Positions 18,758 through 29,900 of a DNA stretch of 64,000 nt are shown piece after piece. The DNA comes from Ostreococcus lucimarinus. Its lineage: Eukaryota. The notes under the pieces were generated by a model. That model was not told the DNA's origin. It saw nothing but the letters and a program-made list of their open reading frames with translations, and ran no database searches. Every line of letters begins with the position of its first letter. The stretch's first letter is position 1. The stretch is from the NCBI GenBank assembly GCA_000092065.1, contig CP000590.1; one strand, given 5' to 3'. The position numbers were made by a program, and so were the translations under genes.

Positions 18758-19306
18758 CTACAGAAACCGCTTTACGGCGTCGAAAATCTCCTCCGCGGGC
18801 GGCGTAAAGAAATGATCCCGCGTCTCGCTCACGCTCTCTCGCGCGCCCAATTTCTTCGCCAACGCCAGTTGTATCGCCGCCGGCACCAACGAATCGCGCG
18901 TGCCGATCACGCACTCGATCCCTCGCGAGCAATTCGACGCGATTTTACCGTAATCAAACGCGTCATCAAAATATCCAGACGCGCGTTCCGTCGCGTCGCC
19001 CAAGTCGTCGTCGTATCCCGCCACGAGCACGATCCCTCTCACCGCGTTTCGCTCCGCCACGCGCATCGCGCACACCGCACCGCTCGAGTGTCCGACGATG
19101 ACCGTGTTCGCGTCGCACCGCAGCTCGTTTTCGCAGTGTGGGACCCAAATATGTCGACGGCACACGTCCGCGTCTGGCATCGAGGGCGTCGTCAAGCGAA
19201 CGTCGTCGGTGACGCCGCGGTCGATGAGGGCGCGCTCGAGCCAGGCGTAGTGATTGCAGGAACGCGTGGGGGCGCATCCCGAGCCGGGGAGGATGATGAC
19301 GTTCAT
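18758..19306 (-). CDS. RBBP9: Serine hydrolase RBBP9 / YdeN family (alpha/beta hydrolase, Ser_hydrolase PF06821).
   Basis: From MNVIILPGSG... the 183-aa product aligns closely with human RBBP9 (VVIVPGNGGG..., IIIGHSSGA nucleophile elbow GHSxG, ...DLGDENERASGYF...). The ATG is at 19304..19306. The upstream 38 codons of the ORF are judged non-coding. Confidence 0.85.
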   Translation of the reverse strand: MNVIILPGSGCAPTRSCNHYAWLERALIDRGVTDDVRLTTPSMPDADVCRRHIWVPHCENELRCDANTVIVGHSSGAVCAMRVAERNAVRGIVLVAGYDDDLGDATERASGYFDDAFDYGKIASNCSRGIECVIGTRDSLVPAAIQLALAKKLGARESVSETRDHFFTPPAEEIFDAVKRFL

Positions 19307-19478
19307 GGCGGCGCGGGAGTGCGGCGACGGTGATTCGCGATGGCGGCGGTCGGGCGAGTAACCGTCTCGGCGCCGAACGGGACGCGCGGTCGTCGAGGTG
19401 GATTGGATGGCGTATGACAACTCGGATGACGAATTAAATGAACGGGGTGTCGGGAAATGATGCTCGTGGTCGATGCGG

Positions 19479-22055
19479 TCACGTCGTCGCGGCGTTTTCG
19501 TCGCCGTGGAGCCGAGCGGATGATTTGGAGTGCTTGCGCACGATGGGAGATAACGCCACGGGTTCGCCGGCGGAGATTTGGCGGAAGACTTCGGCCGTGA
19601 CGGCGTTGACGTCGACGTCGGCGCCGTGCTTTTGAATCTGCGCCAAGAGGTCTTGGAGCTGTGTCATGGACAATCCCGAGTCGGGCGATCCCGAAGACGA
19701 CGGTTCGGCAAACGGGCGCAAGAATCTGTGCGTGAGAATCTCCTTGACAGATATGCGGTTCTTCGGATCTCGCTCCAGACACTTTCGCATCAAGTCAATG
19801 AGCGCCGGATTCTCCGTCGGTAACGGTGGAAACGCGATCGTGTGCCGGGGATCGGTAATAGCGTGAAGTTTTTGAATCATCCCGGTGATTTTGCTAAACG
19901 GCGTGTGCCCGTACACCATCTGGTACAAGATGCAACCGAGACTCCAAATATCGCTCGCGCGTCCAACTTTCATCGGTCCTCCGAGTGCGGACGCTTGTCC
20001 GTTCAGGATTGCCTCAGGGGACATGTAGTTCACCGTTCCAACTTGATGATCTCGCACAATATTCGTGTGATCGGGCGCTTGCTCCGTCTGTATCGCGCGC
20101 GCGATGCCGAAATCGATGAGCTTGAGCGCGCCCTCGACAAAGAGAAAGTTTGCCGGTTTCAAATCACTGTGCACGATGCGCTCCTCGTGAATGATATTCA
20201 CCGCTTCCACCATTTGTTCAAAGTACAGACGTAAAAAGTTGTCGTCAATCACACCTCCGTGGTTTTGACGCTGCTTTTCGCGCTTGGCGAGCATGTGTGC
20301 GAGGTCGATTTCGCCAAATTCAAGCACCATAAATATGAGCTTCTCCTTCGGGCAAACCTCCGCATCGACGAGCTGAATGATGTTGTCTCTTCCTCGTAAT
20401 GTCTTCAGCAGCTTGATTTCGTCAATAAAACCCGCCACGGTTTCGTGCTCTTTGCCATCGAGACGAATTCGCTTCAACGCTAAAATCTTTCGCTTGGGAG
20501 AGACGACTTTGTAAACCTTGCACGTGCCACCTTGACCCACGCACTCGAGTTTCGTATACTTGACTCCATTCACGATGACGGTGTTATCATCCTCGCGAGG
20601 ACGGTCGTGATACTTGTTCGCGCTCGCCACGGAGCTACTCTCCACGCGCCGCTCGCCGCCTTGCAAGGGCGTTTGCTCCGCCGCTCGTTGCCTCGAAGGT
20701 GGTACTCTCGGAGGATCCATCGATGCGTGACCGCTAGCGGCCGGTGTATGCTCGGAACGTGAAGGTCGAGACGCGCTCAAAGCGCTGTACTTCTCTTTCG
20801 CCTCCGCGAGGCGGCTTCGCAACGTCACGGTGGCCTCCATCACGCTCGTCGGCGGCGGCGGGGGCATTGAATTCTCCGTCTTTTCGCCGCCACCGCGTAT
20901 ACCTCCCGTGCGGGCGCTGTGATAGCTGCTCACGCTTCCCGGCATCGCCGTTGATGACGTCACGTACGTCGTACCCGCATGGTGCGACGGCGCTACGGGC
21001 TGCGGCGCGGTAAACTTTGCCGTCGGCGTCGCTTGCATATTCGCCAAAGCCGCGGCGCGTTGCGATAAATTCTTGGGCGTCGCCACCACGGATGACTTCG
21101 CCCCAACATGCATGGCGTCCACATCCATATCCCTCGTCACGTGTCGCGGGTTCGCGGGCTTAATCGCCGACGTATACTGCGGCGCCAGCGACCGAAACGG
21201 CGTGTGTTGCGTGTGCTGCGCCGGTTCGTATCGTTTTCCCTCCATATCCGCCAGCATGCACTCGATCGCCCCCGAGGGCTCGGCGCCGAAATCTAATCCT
21301 CGCTTTAAGATTTTTACCGCTTTCTCCTCGCCCTTGAACGTGTACCCGAACGCCGCCCACTCGCACCAATAAATCGCGTGCTTGTGCCCGATGCCGCACG
21401 ACTTTAAAAACTTAAACGTATCCCTCGCGTCATCCATGTTGCTCACCATCTGCTGCCTCGCCAGCCCGAGAAATATCCTCACATAGTTTTCATCGTTCAC
21501 GTTCCCCCGCTTCGGGATCGTCTTCGTCGCGAGTTCGTACAACCGATGCAAGCTCACCCCGTTTCGACTCCCCGCGCTCGCGCTCGGTTTCCCCACCTCC
21601 GCCGTCGCCGCCGCGTCCGCGTACGTCGCCTCTTCGTGCTCCAAAAAGTTCAACCACGCCTCCGGGTTCTCTTGATTCTCTCGCACCGCGTTCGCCAGCG
21701 CGTTCCTCGCCTTTCTCCCCCGCGTCGGCGTCCCCGTCTCGTCCGCGCTCGCGCAGTACTCGTCCAGCAGCGCCGTCGCCGTCCCCGCCCGTCGCGTCCC
21801 CACCGCCGCGCTCGTCGACGCGCTCGCGCGCGCGTCCGCCTCCGCGCGAGGCGTCACCGCGCTCATCATCCGCACCCGCGCCGCGAGCGACCGCACGCGC
21901 GGTTCGTACGCCGACGACGGCGTCGTCGCGCCGTCGCCGAGCCGTTGTCCATCGCGATCGTTCTCGCCGTCTCCGCGCGCGCCGCGCGTCGCCGCGTCGC
22001 GCGATTTCCCGTCCGCGGCGCGGTGGGCGTTTTCTTTATCGCGCTCGACGTCCAT
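19479..22055 (-). CDS. TTK: Mps1/TTK dual-specificity spindle-checkpoint protein kinase (858 aa from MDVERDK...). The N-terminal region has TPR-like helices and the kinase domain is C-terminal.
   Basis: The kinase domain has [35 protein letters not shown] and [14 protein letters not shown], closely matching Mps1 (…[26 protein letters not shown]…VGTVNYMPPEA). The N-terminal [22 protein letters not shown] resembles the Mps1 TPR region. The ORF upstream of residue 264 is Ser/Arg/Pro low complexity and is treated as non-coding. Confidence 0.85.
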   Translation of the reverse strand: [858 protein letters not shown]

Positions 22056-22275
22056 CGCGCGCGCGCGGCGAGAGACGCGTCCGCGTCTGCCGCGACGCGC
22101 GCGGCGCGCGTTTGAATCGCCGTTCCCCTTTTTATCGCGACGCGGCGCGAACGCGCGAAGACTTAAAACGCGCGCGAGTACGAGAGACGATTCGCGTCGC
22201 GCGAAAAATCGGTGAAGGCACAACCCTAGACACCGGCGCGACATCGCGACGCGCGCGCGCGAGCGCGCGCGCGTC

Positions 22276-23691
22276 ATGGCCGCCGACGACGCGCGTCGCG
22301 CGTACGCGTCGAACGATGACTTGCGCGACGCCATGCGGCGGCTGAGCGCGAGCGATGGCGCGTGCGCGGGGATATCGCGCGTGGTGTCGCTGGGACGGAG
22401 CGCGAACGGCGAGGACGTGCGCGCGCTGACGATCGGTCGAGGCGCGCGCGCGAGCGACGGCGACGACGGCCGGGGAGGGCTTCGGTTTGGATTCATCGGG
22501 AACATGCACGGAGACGAGCCCGTGGGGCGAGAGATCGCGATGGAGGTGGGGCGATGGGTGTGCGAACGCGCGACGACGACGCGCGAGACGACGAGCGAGG
22601 CGGAGACGCGCGAGCGGGCGCTGGCGAAACGATTGGTGAACGAGGCGACGCTGTTCGTGGTGCCGACGGTGAATCCCGATGGGTTCGCGGCGAAAACGCG
22701 CGGGAACGCGCGTGGGGTGGATTTGAATAGAAACTTTCCGTACACGCGATTTTCGCTGCCGAAATCGTTGAGCGGACGGGCGAGCGCCGTGGGCGGGAGC
22801 GCGGGGGACAACGCGAAGCGAGAGATCGAGACGGCGCTCATCATGCGATGGAGCGAAAAGTGGGCGATGAATGGGGCGCTGAATTATCACGAAGGCGCGT
22901 TGGTGGCGAACTACCCGTGGGACGGGAACGACGACGGAAGCACGTCGTACAGCGCGGCGCCGGACGACGCGACTTTTAGATATCTCGCGTCATCGTACGC
23001 TCAAGCGCATCCCACGATGAGTAAGAGCGCGGAGTTTGAGGGTGGAATCACTAACGGCGCGGCGTGGTACCCGTTGTGGGGCGGGATGCAAGATTGGCAC
23101 TACGTGCAGACGGGGACGTACAGCTTGACGGTGGAGGTGGACGACGAGAAATGGCCGAGCGAGGACAAGCTCGGAGCGATCGTCGACGAGCACGTGAACG
23201 CCAGCATAGACGTGTGCGCCCGCGCGCTCTTCGGCTCCGTGCGCGGCTTCGTGCGCGATGAGAGGGGCGCGGCCGTCGTCGGCGCTTCCATCGTCGTCGG
23301 CCGCGACAGCGCGCCGGTGAAAACCGACGCTCGAGGCTTCTTCGCCAAGCCCAGCGAGCCGTCCACTCGACCCGTTCGCGTCGTCATCACGCCTCCATCG
23401 AACAAGCGCAACGTCGACACCATCACCCACTTCGTCCCCACCATCGATCCAACCGACGGCGCGTCGATCGACGTCGTCTTCACTCCCAGAAGCGCCCCTC
23501 CCGGCTTTCTCCTGCTTCGCGTCGTCGCCGTCGTCGTCTTCGCCGTCGTCGCCTTTCTCATCCGGCGCAGCGCCCGACGCCGCAGGCGCGTGTCGGTGCT
23601 TTCAGAGTCATTAGTAAATAACGTCGACGTCGAGAAGGCGATCGCGAACCGACGCGGGATGACATCCAGCCGTTCGTTGTCCGGCCTCTGA
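22276..23691 (+). CDS. M14 family zinc carboxypeptidase (CPD/CPE-like) with a C-terminal transmembrane segment.
   Basis: The Zn-binding motif is HGDEPVGRE (HxxE). NRNFP and YHEGALVANYPWD (second His region), GGMQDWHYV and LTVEVDDEKWP (catalytic Glu region) are present. The C-terminal FLLLRVVAVVVFAVVAFLIRR is hydrophobic. Confidence 0.85.
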   Translation: MAADDARRAYASNDDLRDAMRRLSASDGACAGISRVVSLGRSANGEDVRALTIGRGARASDGDDGRGGLRFGFIGNMHGDEPVGREIAMEVGRWVCERATTTRETTSEAETRERALAKRLVNEATLFVVPTVNPDGFAAKTRGNARGVDLNRNFPYTRFSLPKSLSGRASAVGGSAGDNAKREIETALIMRWSEKWAMNGALNYHEGALVANYPWDGNDDGSTSYSAAPDDATFRYLASSYAQAHPTMSKSAEFEGGITNGAAWYPLWGGMQDWHYVQTGTYSLTVEVDDEKWPSEDKLGAIVDEHVNASIDVCARALFGSVRGFVRDERGAAVVGASIVVGRDSAPVKTDARGFFAKPSEPSTRPVRVVITPPSNKRNVDTITHFVPTIDPTDGASIDVVFTPRSAPPGFLLLRVVAVVVFAVVAFLIRRSARRRRRVSVLSESLVNNVDVEKAIANRRGMTSSRSLSGL

Positions 23692-23948
23692 CCGACTGTA
23701 CCTTGTAACAGCAGCACCGTGGTAGCAGACAACACCCACGCCCCGCGCACGATGAACCGCACACGCGCGCGCGCGCACGTCAGATTGACGCACGAACGCG
23801 CGCGAACGCGCGAAGAAATCGCGTGCGCGTGTTTACCGCGCGAAGCCGCGCCCGCGACGCGCCCGCGACGCACGCGCGACGCGAACACGCGAACGCGCGA
23901 CGGTGAACACCCTCGGCGTCGCGCGATCGATCGCGCGTGGTGACGGCG

Positions 23949-26900
23949 ATGGCGAGCGAACCGGCGCGCGCGAAGTTCAAATCCCTGCGAGGATGGAACG
24001 TCGATAAGTACCAGTTCGATGTGCGCGCGCAGAGCGCGTACAACGTCCTGCCGGGGACGCAACGTTTGAAATTGCTGTGGAGGCGCGGACACAAGCGCGC
24101 GGAGACGAAGACGGCGAACGTGACGCGCGGGGAAGCGGTGTGGGATGAAACGCTGACGCTGTCGTGCTCGATGTTTGTGAATCCGAAGACTGGGATGTAC
24201 GAGAGCAAGCCGGCGATGTTCGTGCTGCAGACGGTGAACGAGGACGGGTCGATTGGGAAGACGTACGCGGAGGCGACGATTGATCTGTTGGAGTTTGCGT
24301 TGAATCCGGGACGGGAACTGTCGCAGACGGTGCCGATGAGACAAGGAGCGGTGTCGATGTTGACACATTTACAGTTCGCCGTCACGGCGACGCCGTTGGC
24401 GGAAAACGTGGCGTTGAGCGACGTGTCGAGCGCGCTGAGCGTCGCCGATCTAGCCGACGTCGCCGAGTTGGCAGCGACGAGCGCGGTGCCGGAAAAGTTG
24501 GCGGTGAACGTGATCGGGGAGCACGAAGATGAGGGATATTTCGATGAGAAACTCGATGTCAGAGAGGATGCGCAATCGGAAAGTGAAAAAGAGGATAGCG
24601 AATTTGCCTACTTTGACGAACGCCTGGCGTACAAGGTGGAGGGCGACGACACGGAACAACTTCCGCCGCCGACTGCGGAGGAACTATTATCGGGCGTTGA
24701 CGCTGAAGAAGGCATCGTACCCGGTGTGAAGATGATGCGCTTGATTGTCGGGAAAAAGTGCAAAATTTTCGTGCGGGGTCAGGATAACTTTGGCAACGCA
24801 CGCACGACAGGCGGGGACAACGTCGAGGGCGTGTTGATCGGTCCGAGCGGGCAGCGCGGGTTAGTGAGCACTAAAGACCACGGCGATGGCTCGTACTTGC
24901 TAGAGTTTACGTGCATGCAACAAGGGATTTGGACCCTTCGTACGCGGTTTAACGGTAGACTGAGCGTGGAGCGACACAAGCTCGTGGTTTCCTTCGGTCC
25001 GCTCACGGCCCAGGACGTTCGGGTGCAGTTACCGAAGCCGCCGTTCAGATGCGGTGCGTACACGGACATGCAAGTCGTTGTTGAGCATCCGGAAGATGGG
25101 AGAATTCTAACTGGTGCAGAGGCGTTTAACGTTCGCCTCGTCTCACCGGCGGGCTTGTCGTTGGGCGTTCCGCTCGACATTCGTCCCGGGACGACCGCCG
25201 CCGTCGCGCGAATCAACTGGCCCGAAGTTGGCGAGCATCAGCTTGACGTAAGACTAGATGGTGAATCGCTTCGCGGGTCGCCCATGCGAGTCGAAGTTGT
25301 GCCTGAGGATTTGTGCCTAGCCGCTTGTCAACTTCAAGGTCCGGGTGTTCATCGATGCACGGCGGGCATACGCTCCGCGTTTGTCATCGAAGCTCACGAC
25401 AGTCGTGGTAATCGTCTCCTTTCTGGAGGCGCGCCACTCTTTTTGGGCATTCGCACGGCATCGAATGAGTCGTACTCGGGTGAGATTGTTGATTTCGGCA
25501 ACGGCACGTACGAAGCTTCGTACTCTGTTCGTGTTTCTGGTTATTACGAATTATCGCTCGCCATCTTAGGTGAGGAACTCGTAATTAAAGGCTTATGTGA
25601 ACCCGGCAAGGCCGTCGTCGCGGGTTGTGAGCTGGTCGGCGACGCCGGATTGGACCTTGAAGTTGGCTCTTCCGGTCGCTACAGTATCATTCGTCACGAT
25701 GCATACGGCAACAGAGTGCCAACGCGTCAGGGACAAATCAAGTTCAAAGTTACCGCCGATGGACCTGGACCCGCAACTTGTACGATGATTGATAGAGCTG
25801 ATGGCGTTAGTGATGTCGATGTCAGTACCTCTGTAGCCGGGAGGTATTTCGTCCAGGTGACGGCTGGTGATCAAGAACCGATTCCTGGTTCGCCGTTTGA
25901 AGTCATCGCATATCCTAGTCCTGCTTCGCACGAAACGAGTGTGACGACAGTGTTCGGTGCACAGTTAGCCGCAAGTGATAGCGATGTCCTCGTGGCTGTT
26001 GCTGGCGAAGAGGTCTCGTTATCAGTAGCACCTCGTGATATGTACGGCAACGTCACTGTCTTCTCCAAGTCGGCGGCGATCACTGCGACAGCGACGGGAG
26101 GTGGCGTCTCGACTTCCTTTGAAGAACGCACTGGAACTCGCACGGAAGTTTCTTTGTTCTCGACTTTCAGACTAGCTGGGTCGTACTTGCTCACCGCAAA
26201 AATCGGCGACAAGGTGTTAGACGGCTACCCAAGGATTCTCACGGTTGTTTCGGCGGCCACTGAACCTCGAAAGTGCATGTTGTTTGGTGACGCGCTTCAA
26301 GGCGTGAGGTGTAACCGAGTTTCAACACTCACCGTGCACGCAGCAGATAAATTTGGAAACTTGAGATCGACGGGTGGCGACGTTGTCGATGTCAACTTGT
26401 GCTCACCCGACGGAAAGTACGTCGTTGCTTCAAAGGTTGATGACCACGCCGACGGAACGTACGGCGCAAAATTCAAGCTCGAGCGCCCGGGGACGTGGGA
26501 AATCCAACTCGTCGTCAATGGCCGCGGTGGCCGGACGCAAGTCAATGAGATTACTTCGTATTTTGCAGGCGTCAAAGCGAACGAGTGTACGTTTTCTGGC
26601 ATGGGTTCGGATGGTGTTGAAGGCGTCGTATGCTTTAAGCAGAGTGACATCGTCATCGAGCCAGCTGACTTTGAGCAAAACTCACGCCTCATGAGCGGGA
26701 AAGAAGCCGTCGCAGTCCGTATTCTCACGCCATCTGGAGGTATTAGCTCTGTGGATCTCAAGTTCGAAAATGGAAAATATAGAGGATCGTACACCTGGAC
26801 TCAGCCAGGTCAGCACACCGTGTCCGTGTCTCTTGATCAAGAAGCCATCGTGGGGTCGCCGTTTTCCGTTGAGGCCATGAGTGCGTTGCCTCAAATTGCC

Positions 26901-29900
26901 GAACTGGAGAACATGGCCGTCGGGGAGATTGCCGATATCCTTCCAAAGCTCAGTGGCGAAGGTGCATCGCAAGCGTTGCAGTCTCTTGGACCCGATAAAG
27001 CGGCCGAAGCGTTGGCGGGCAACACGCCCGAGTCAGCGGTGCGAATGATGGCGCATGTGTTCCCTGGAAATGTTGCGGAAATTCTTAGTTGCATGCGTCC
27101 TGACGCAGCCGCAGCGACAATCTCTGCGATGCCCGGCGAGCGAGCCGCTGAGGTTCTCAGCACAATGCAATCAAACGACGCGACGCAGCTGATGAAGAAT
27201 ATGTCGAGTGGGGAGATATCTGAAAAGGCTGAAATGTTCGCCGACGTCATTTGTGGCATGAAGGAAGACGATATGCTTGTGTGCGTTCGCGAGCTCATGA
27301 ATTCGCGAACCGCGGAGAAAGGTTTAAAGTCAGTGCTAGATAAAATGCCCGCGCGCGTCGTAGCTGAACTCACTGGTAAGCTGGATAAGGGTGAGAACAC
27401 CAGGCTTCTTTCCGGGCTTTCGCATGAGCGCACAGCCGCCATTGTCTCTAAACTGCCAGTTGAGCTGCAAGCCGGTGTCATTGGCCTGCTCGGCGGAGAT
27501 TCCATGTTCCAGATGACGAAGACCTTGTATGCTGCGTATAAAGTGGACAAGAATTCGTCCGCACAAGAGCGCAGTCGAATGAAGGCGGATGCCCAGGACA
27601 CGGGTCACCGGCTGGCCCCAGCTCTCGCTAGCATGGACACGGAGGAGCTCCGCGACAATTTCAAGCAAGCAACGCCCGAGCATATCGGTGGCTGCCTCTT
27701 TGCACTCATCGACGCAAAGCGCCGTCAGGTTGGCTCTAAAGCTATCGCTCGTCCCGTGGCACAGATGATGGAAGACGGCTCGATCGAATGGGGGGATGGT
27801 TCCATTTCTCACGTGAACGAAGACAGATCGGCAATCAATCATTCCGACGGAACTTCGGCATCCCTTCGTGTAGATGGTACTATCATCGATAGCGATGGAC
27901 AAGTGCTCAAACTTAGACCTGATGGGATCATCACGGCCGATGGTACTGTCCTAGGGGCCGACGGAGAAATCACCACCGCTCCGTCCGGTCCGTTGCACAT
28001 GTTCAGGGCACTGACGACGGAGCAGCAAACAGCGGCGATTCTTGAGCTCATCGAATTCAGTCAAACGGGTAACGCCGGCGAGATCTTGGTCGATCTCACC
28101 GCGACGGAGCTTCGCGAGACAATCCGCCCCATGGGTGCTAGCGACCAGGCGAAAGTCTTCATAGAAATCGGGCGAATGTCGCCCTCGCAAGCAGCTCGCG
28201 CTGCTTCAGTTCTCAGCCACACCGAAGCTGCATCAGTGGTGAGCATCATGGTGAATCCCGGTTCAAGCGGGCGATGCGACGAGCCATTCATGGGCCCGTT
28301 CCTCGAGGCGCTGGCGCCGCAGATTTTGCGTAACATCGAACCACCAACAGCTGTTGGCGGCGCGCTGGCAACGCATCTTTCCCCGACGGCAGCTGCTCAC
28401 GTTTTGCACAAGCTCGAGCCGATGGATGTGTCGCGTATCATCGAAGGAATGAGTCCAGCAGAAGTGCGCCAAGTCATCGAATCGAGTTCGAATATTCAGG
28501 CCGAAGCCGGTAAGGCTGTGAGCGATACTCCGCTCATCGCCGCGCTCGTGCCTTACGTGTCCGCCATGGATGACTCGCAAGCGGCGACGCTCTTGGAAGG
28601 TCTTCCTGCGGACATGGCTGTTGGCGTCATGATGTGCACGCCTGAAGAACGGGCTAAAGAGATTATGTCGCACACGCGAAGACGAGACTTGAAGGAGCGC
28701 ATAGCGAACAAATCCTTGATTCACCTCGACGCGTGTACTATCGTCAACCTTCGTGGGGCAGTAGCAGGGGAATCCTCTTCCTTCATTTTAGAAGCGAGAG
28801 AGCGCGGTGGAAACAGGATTACTTTTGGAGGCGGACGGTTGACAGTCGCCACGAAGCTGTTCTCCGCGCCTGGTCCTGGCGTTGAGCAAGGGACTGTCCA
28901 TGACCGCGGTAATGGTGAATACGTCGTACAGTTCACGAGCACCTTGGCCGGTAAGATCGCCGTCGTTGTCGAGGCTTCCGGACAATCTCGTGCCTGGGAC
29001 GTAAACATCGAGGCATCCGACGTCGTTATTCCAAAGTGTACGATCGAAAAGCAAGGATTGGAGAGTTGGACGGCCGGTAGTCCTGGTAGAATACTGCTTA
29101 CTTTGCGCGATCGCTTCGGGAATTTCGCTCATTCGTCGAAAAGTATCCTCGAGTTCGAAGCTCGCGCATCAGGACCTGGAGGCGTCATCGTCGAGCGCAA
29201 CATGTTGGATGACGGGAAAATTGAATTTCTCCTGAACACGACTGTCACTGGCATTTACAAAGTCGCCGTATCGTGCTTGGATACGAAAGAAGATTTGAGC
29301 GGCTGTCCCTTTGAAGCACGTATGGGGACCGACGCTCTCTCCCAAGCGGGCTGTACCGCCTCATTGCAATCTCTCACGAGTTCGACAAAGGGCCCGGGGG
29401 CGAAAGCCGCCGCCTATGGCGCCTGCGCCGCCATGGCGGGTGAAGAAGTCACCTGCGTTGTGGAGGCTCGCGATCGGTACGGCAATACGACTACTTTTGC
29501 AGGCGAACACGTGGCCGTCATTGCGTTCGGACCGGCGCACTTGCCCGCGGATAGACCGTTTGAAGTGGCCGACGTTCGCAGTGGCCGGATGGCGCTTCGA
29601 GCCATCTTCCCACGATCGGGGAGCTACACGATCGCTGTAACTGTTGACGGCATCCCGATCGCTACGTCTCCGCTCATCTTGCACGTTTTTCCGGGTGCGT
29701 GCGAAACGAGTCGTGCGGTCTTACGTGGTGACGCGCTCAATGGCATCGTCGCGAGTAAGATTACAAGTCTTCTTGTGCAAACAGAGGACAAGTACGGGAA
29801 CCATTGCCACGTGGGTGGCGACAGGGTGAATCTCTCCATGTCAGGACCGAACGGCATCAAAGTAAATTCTTTGGACGTCAAAGACAACGAAGACGGAACG

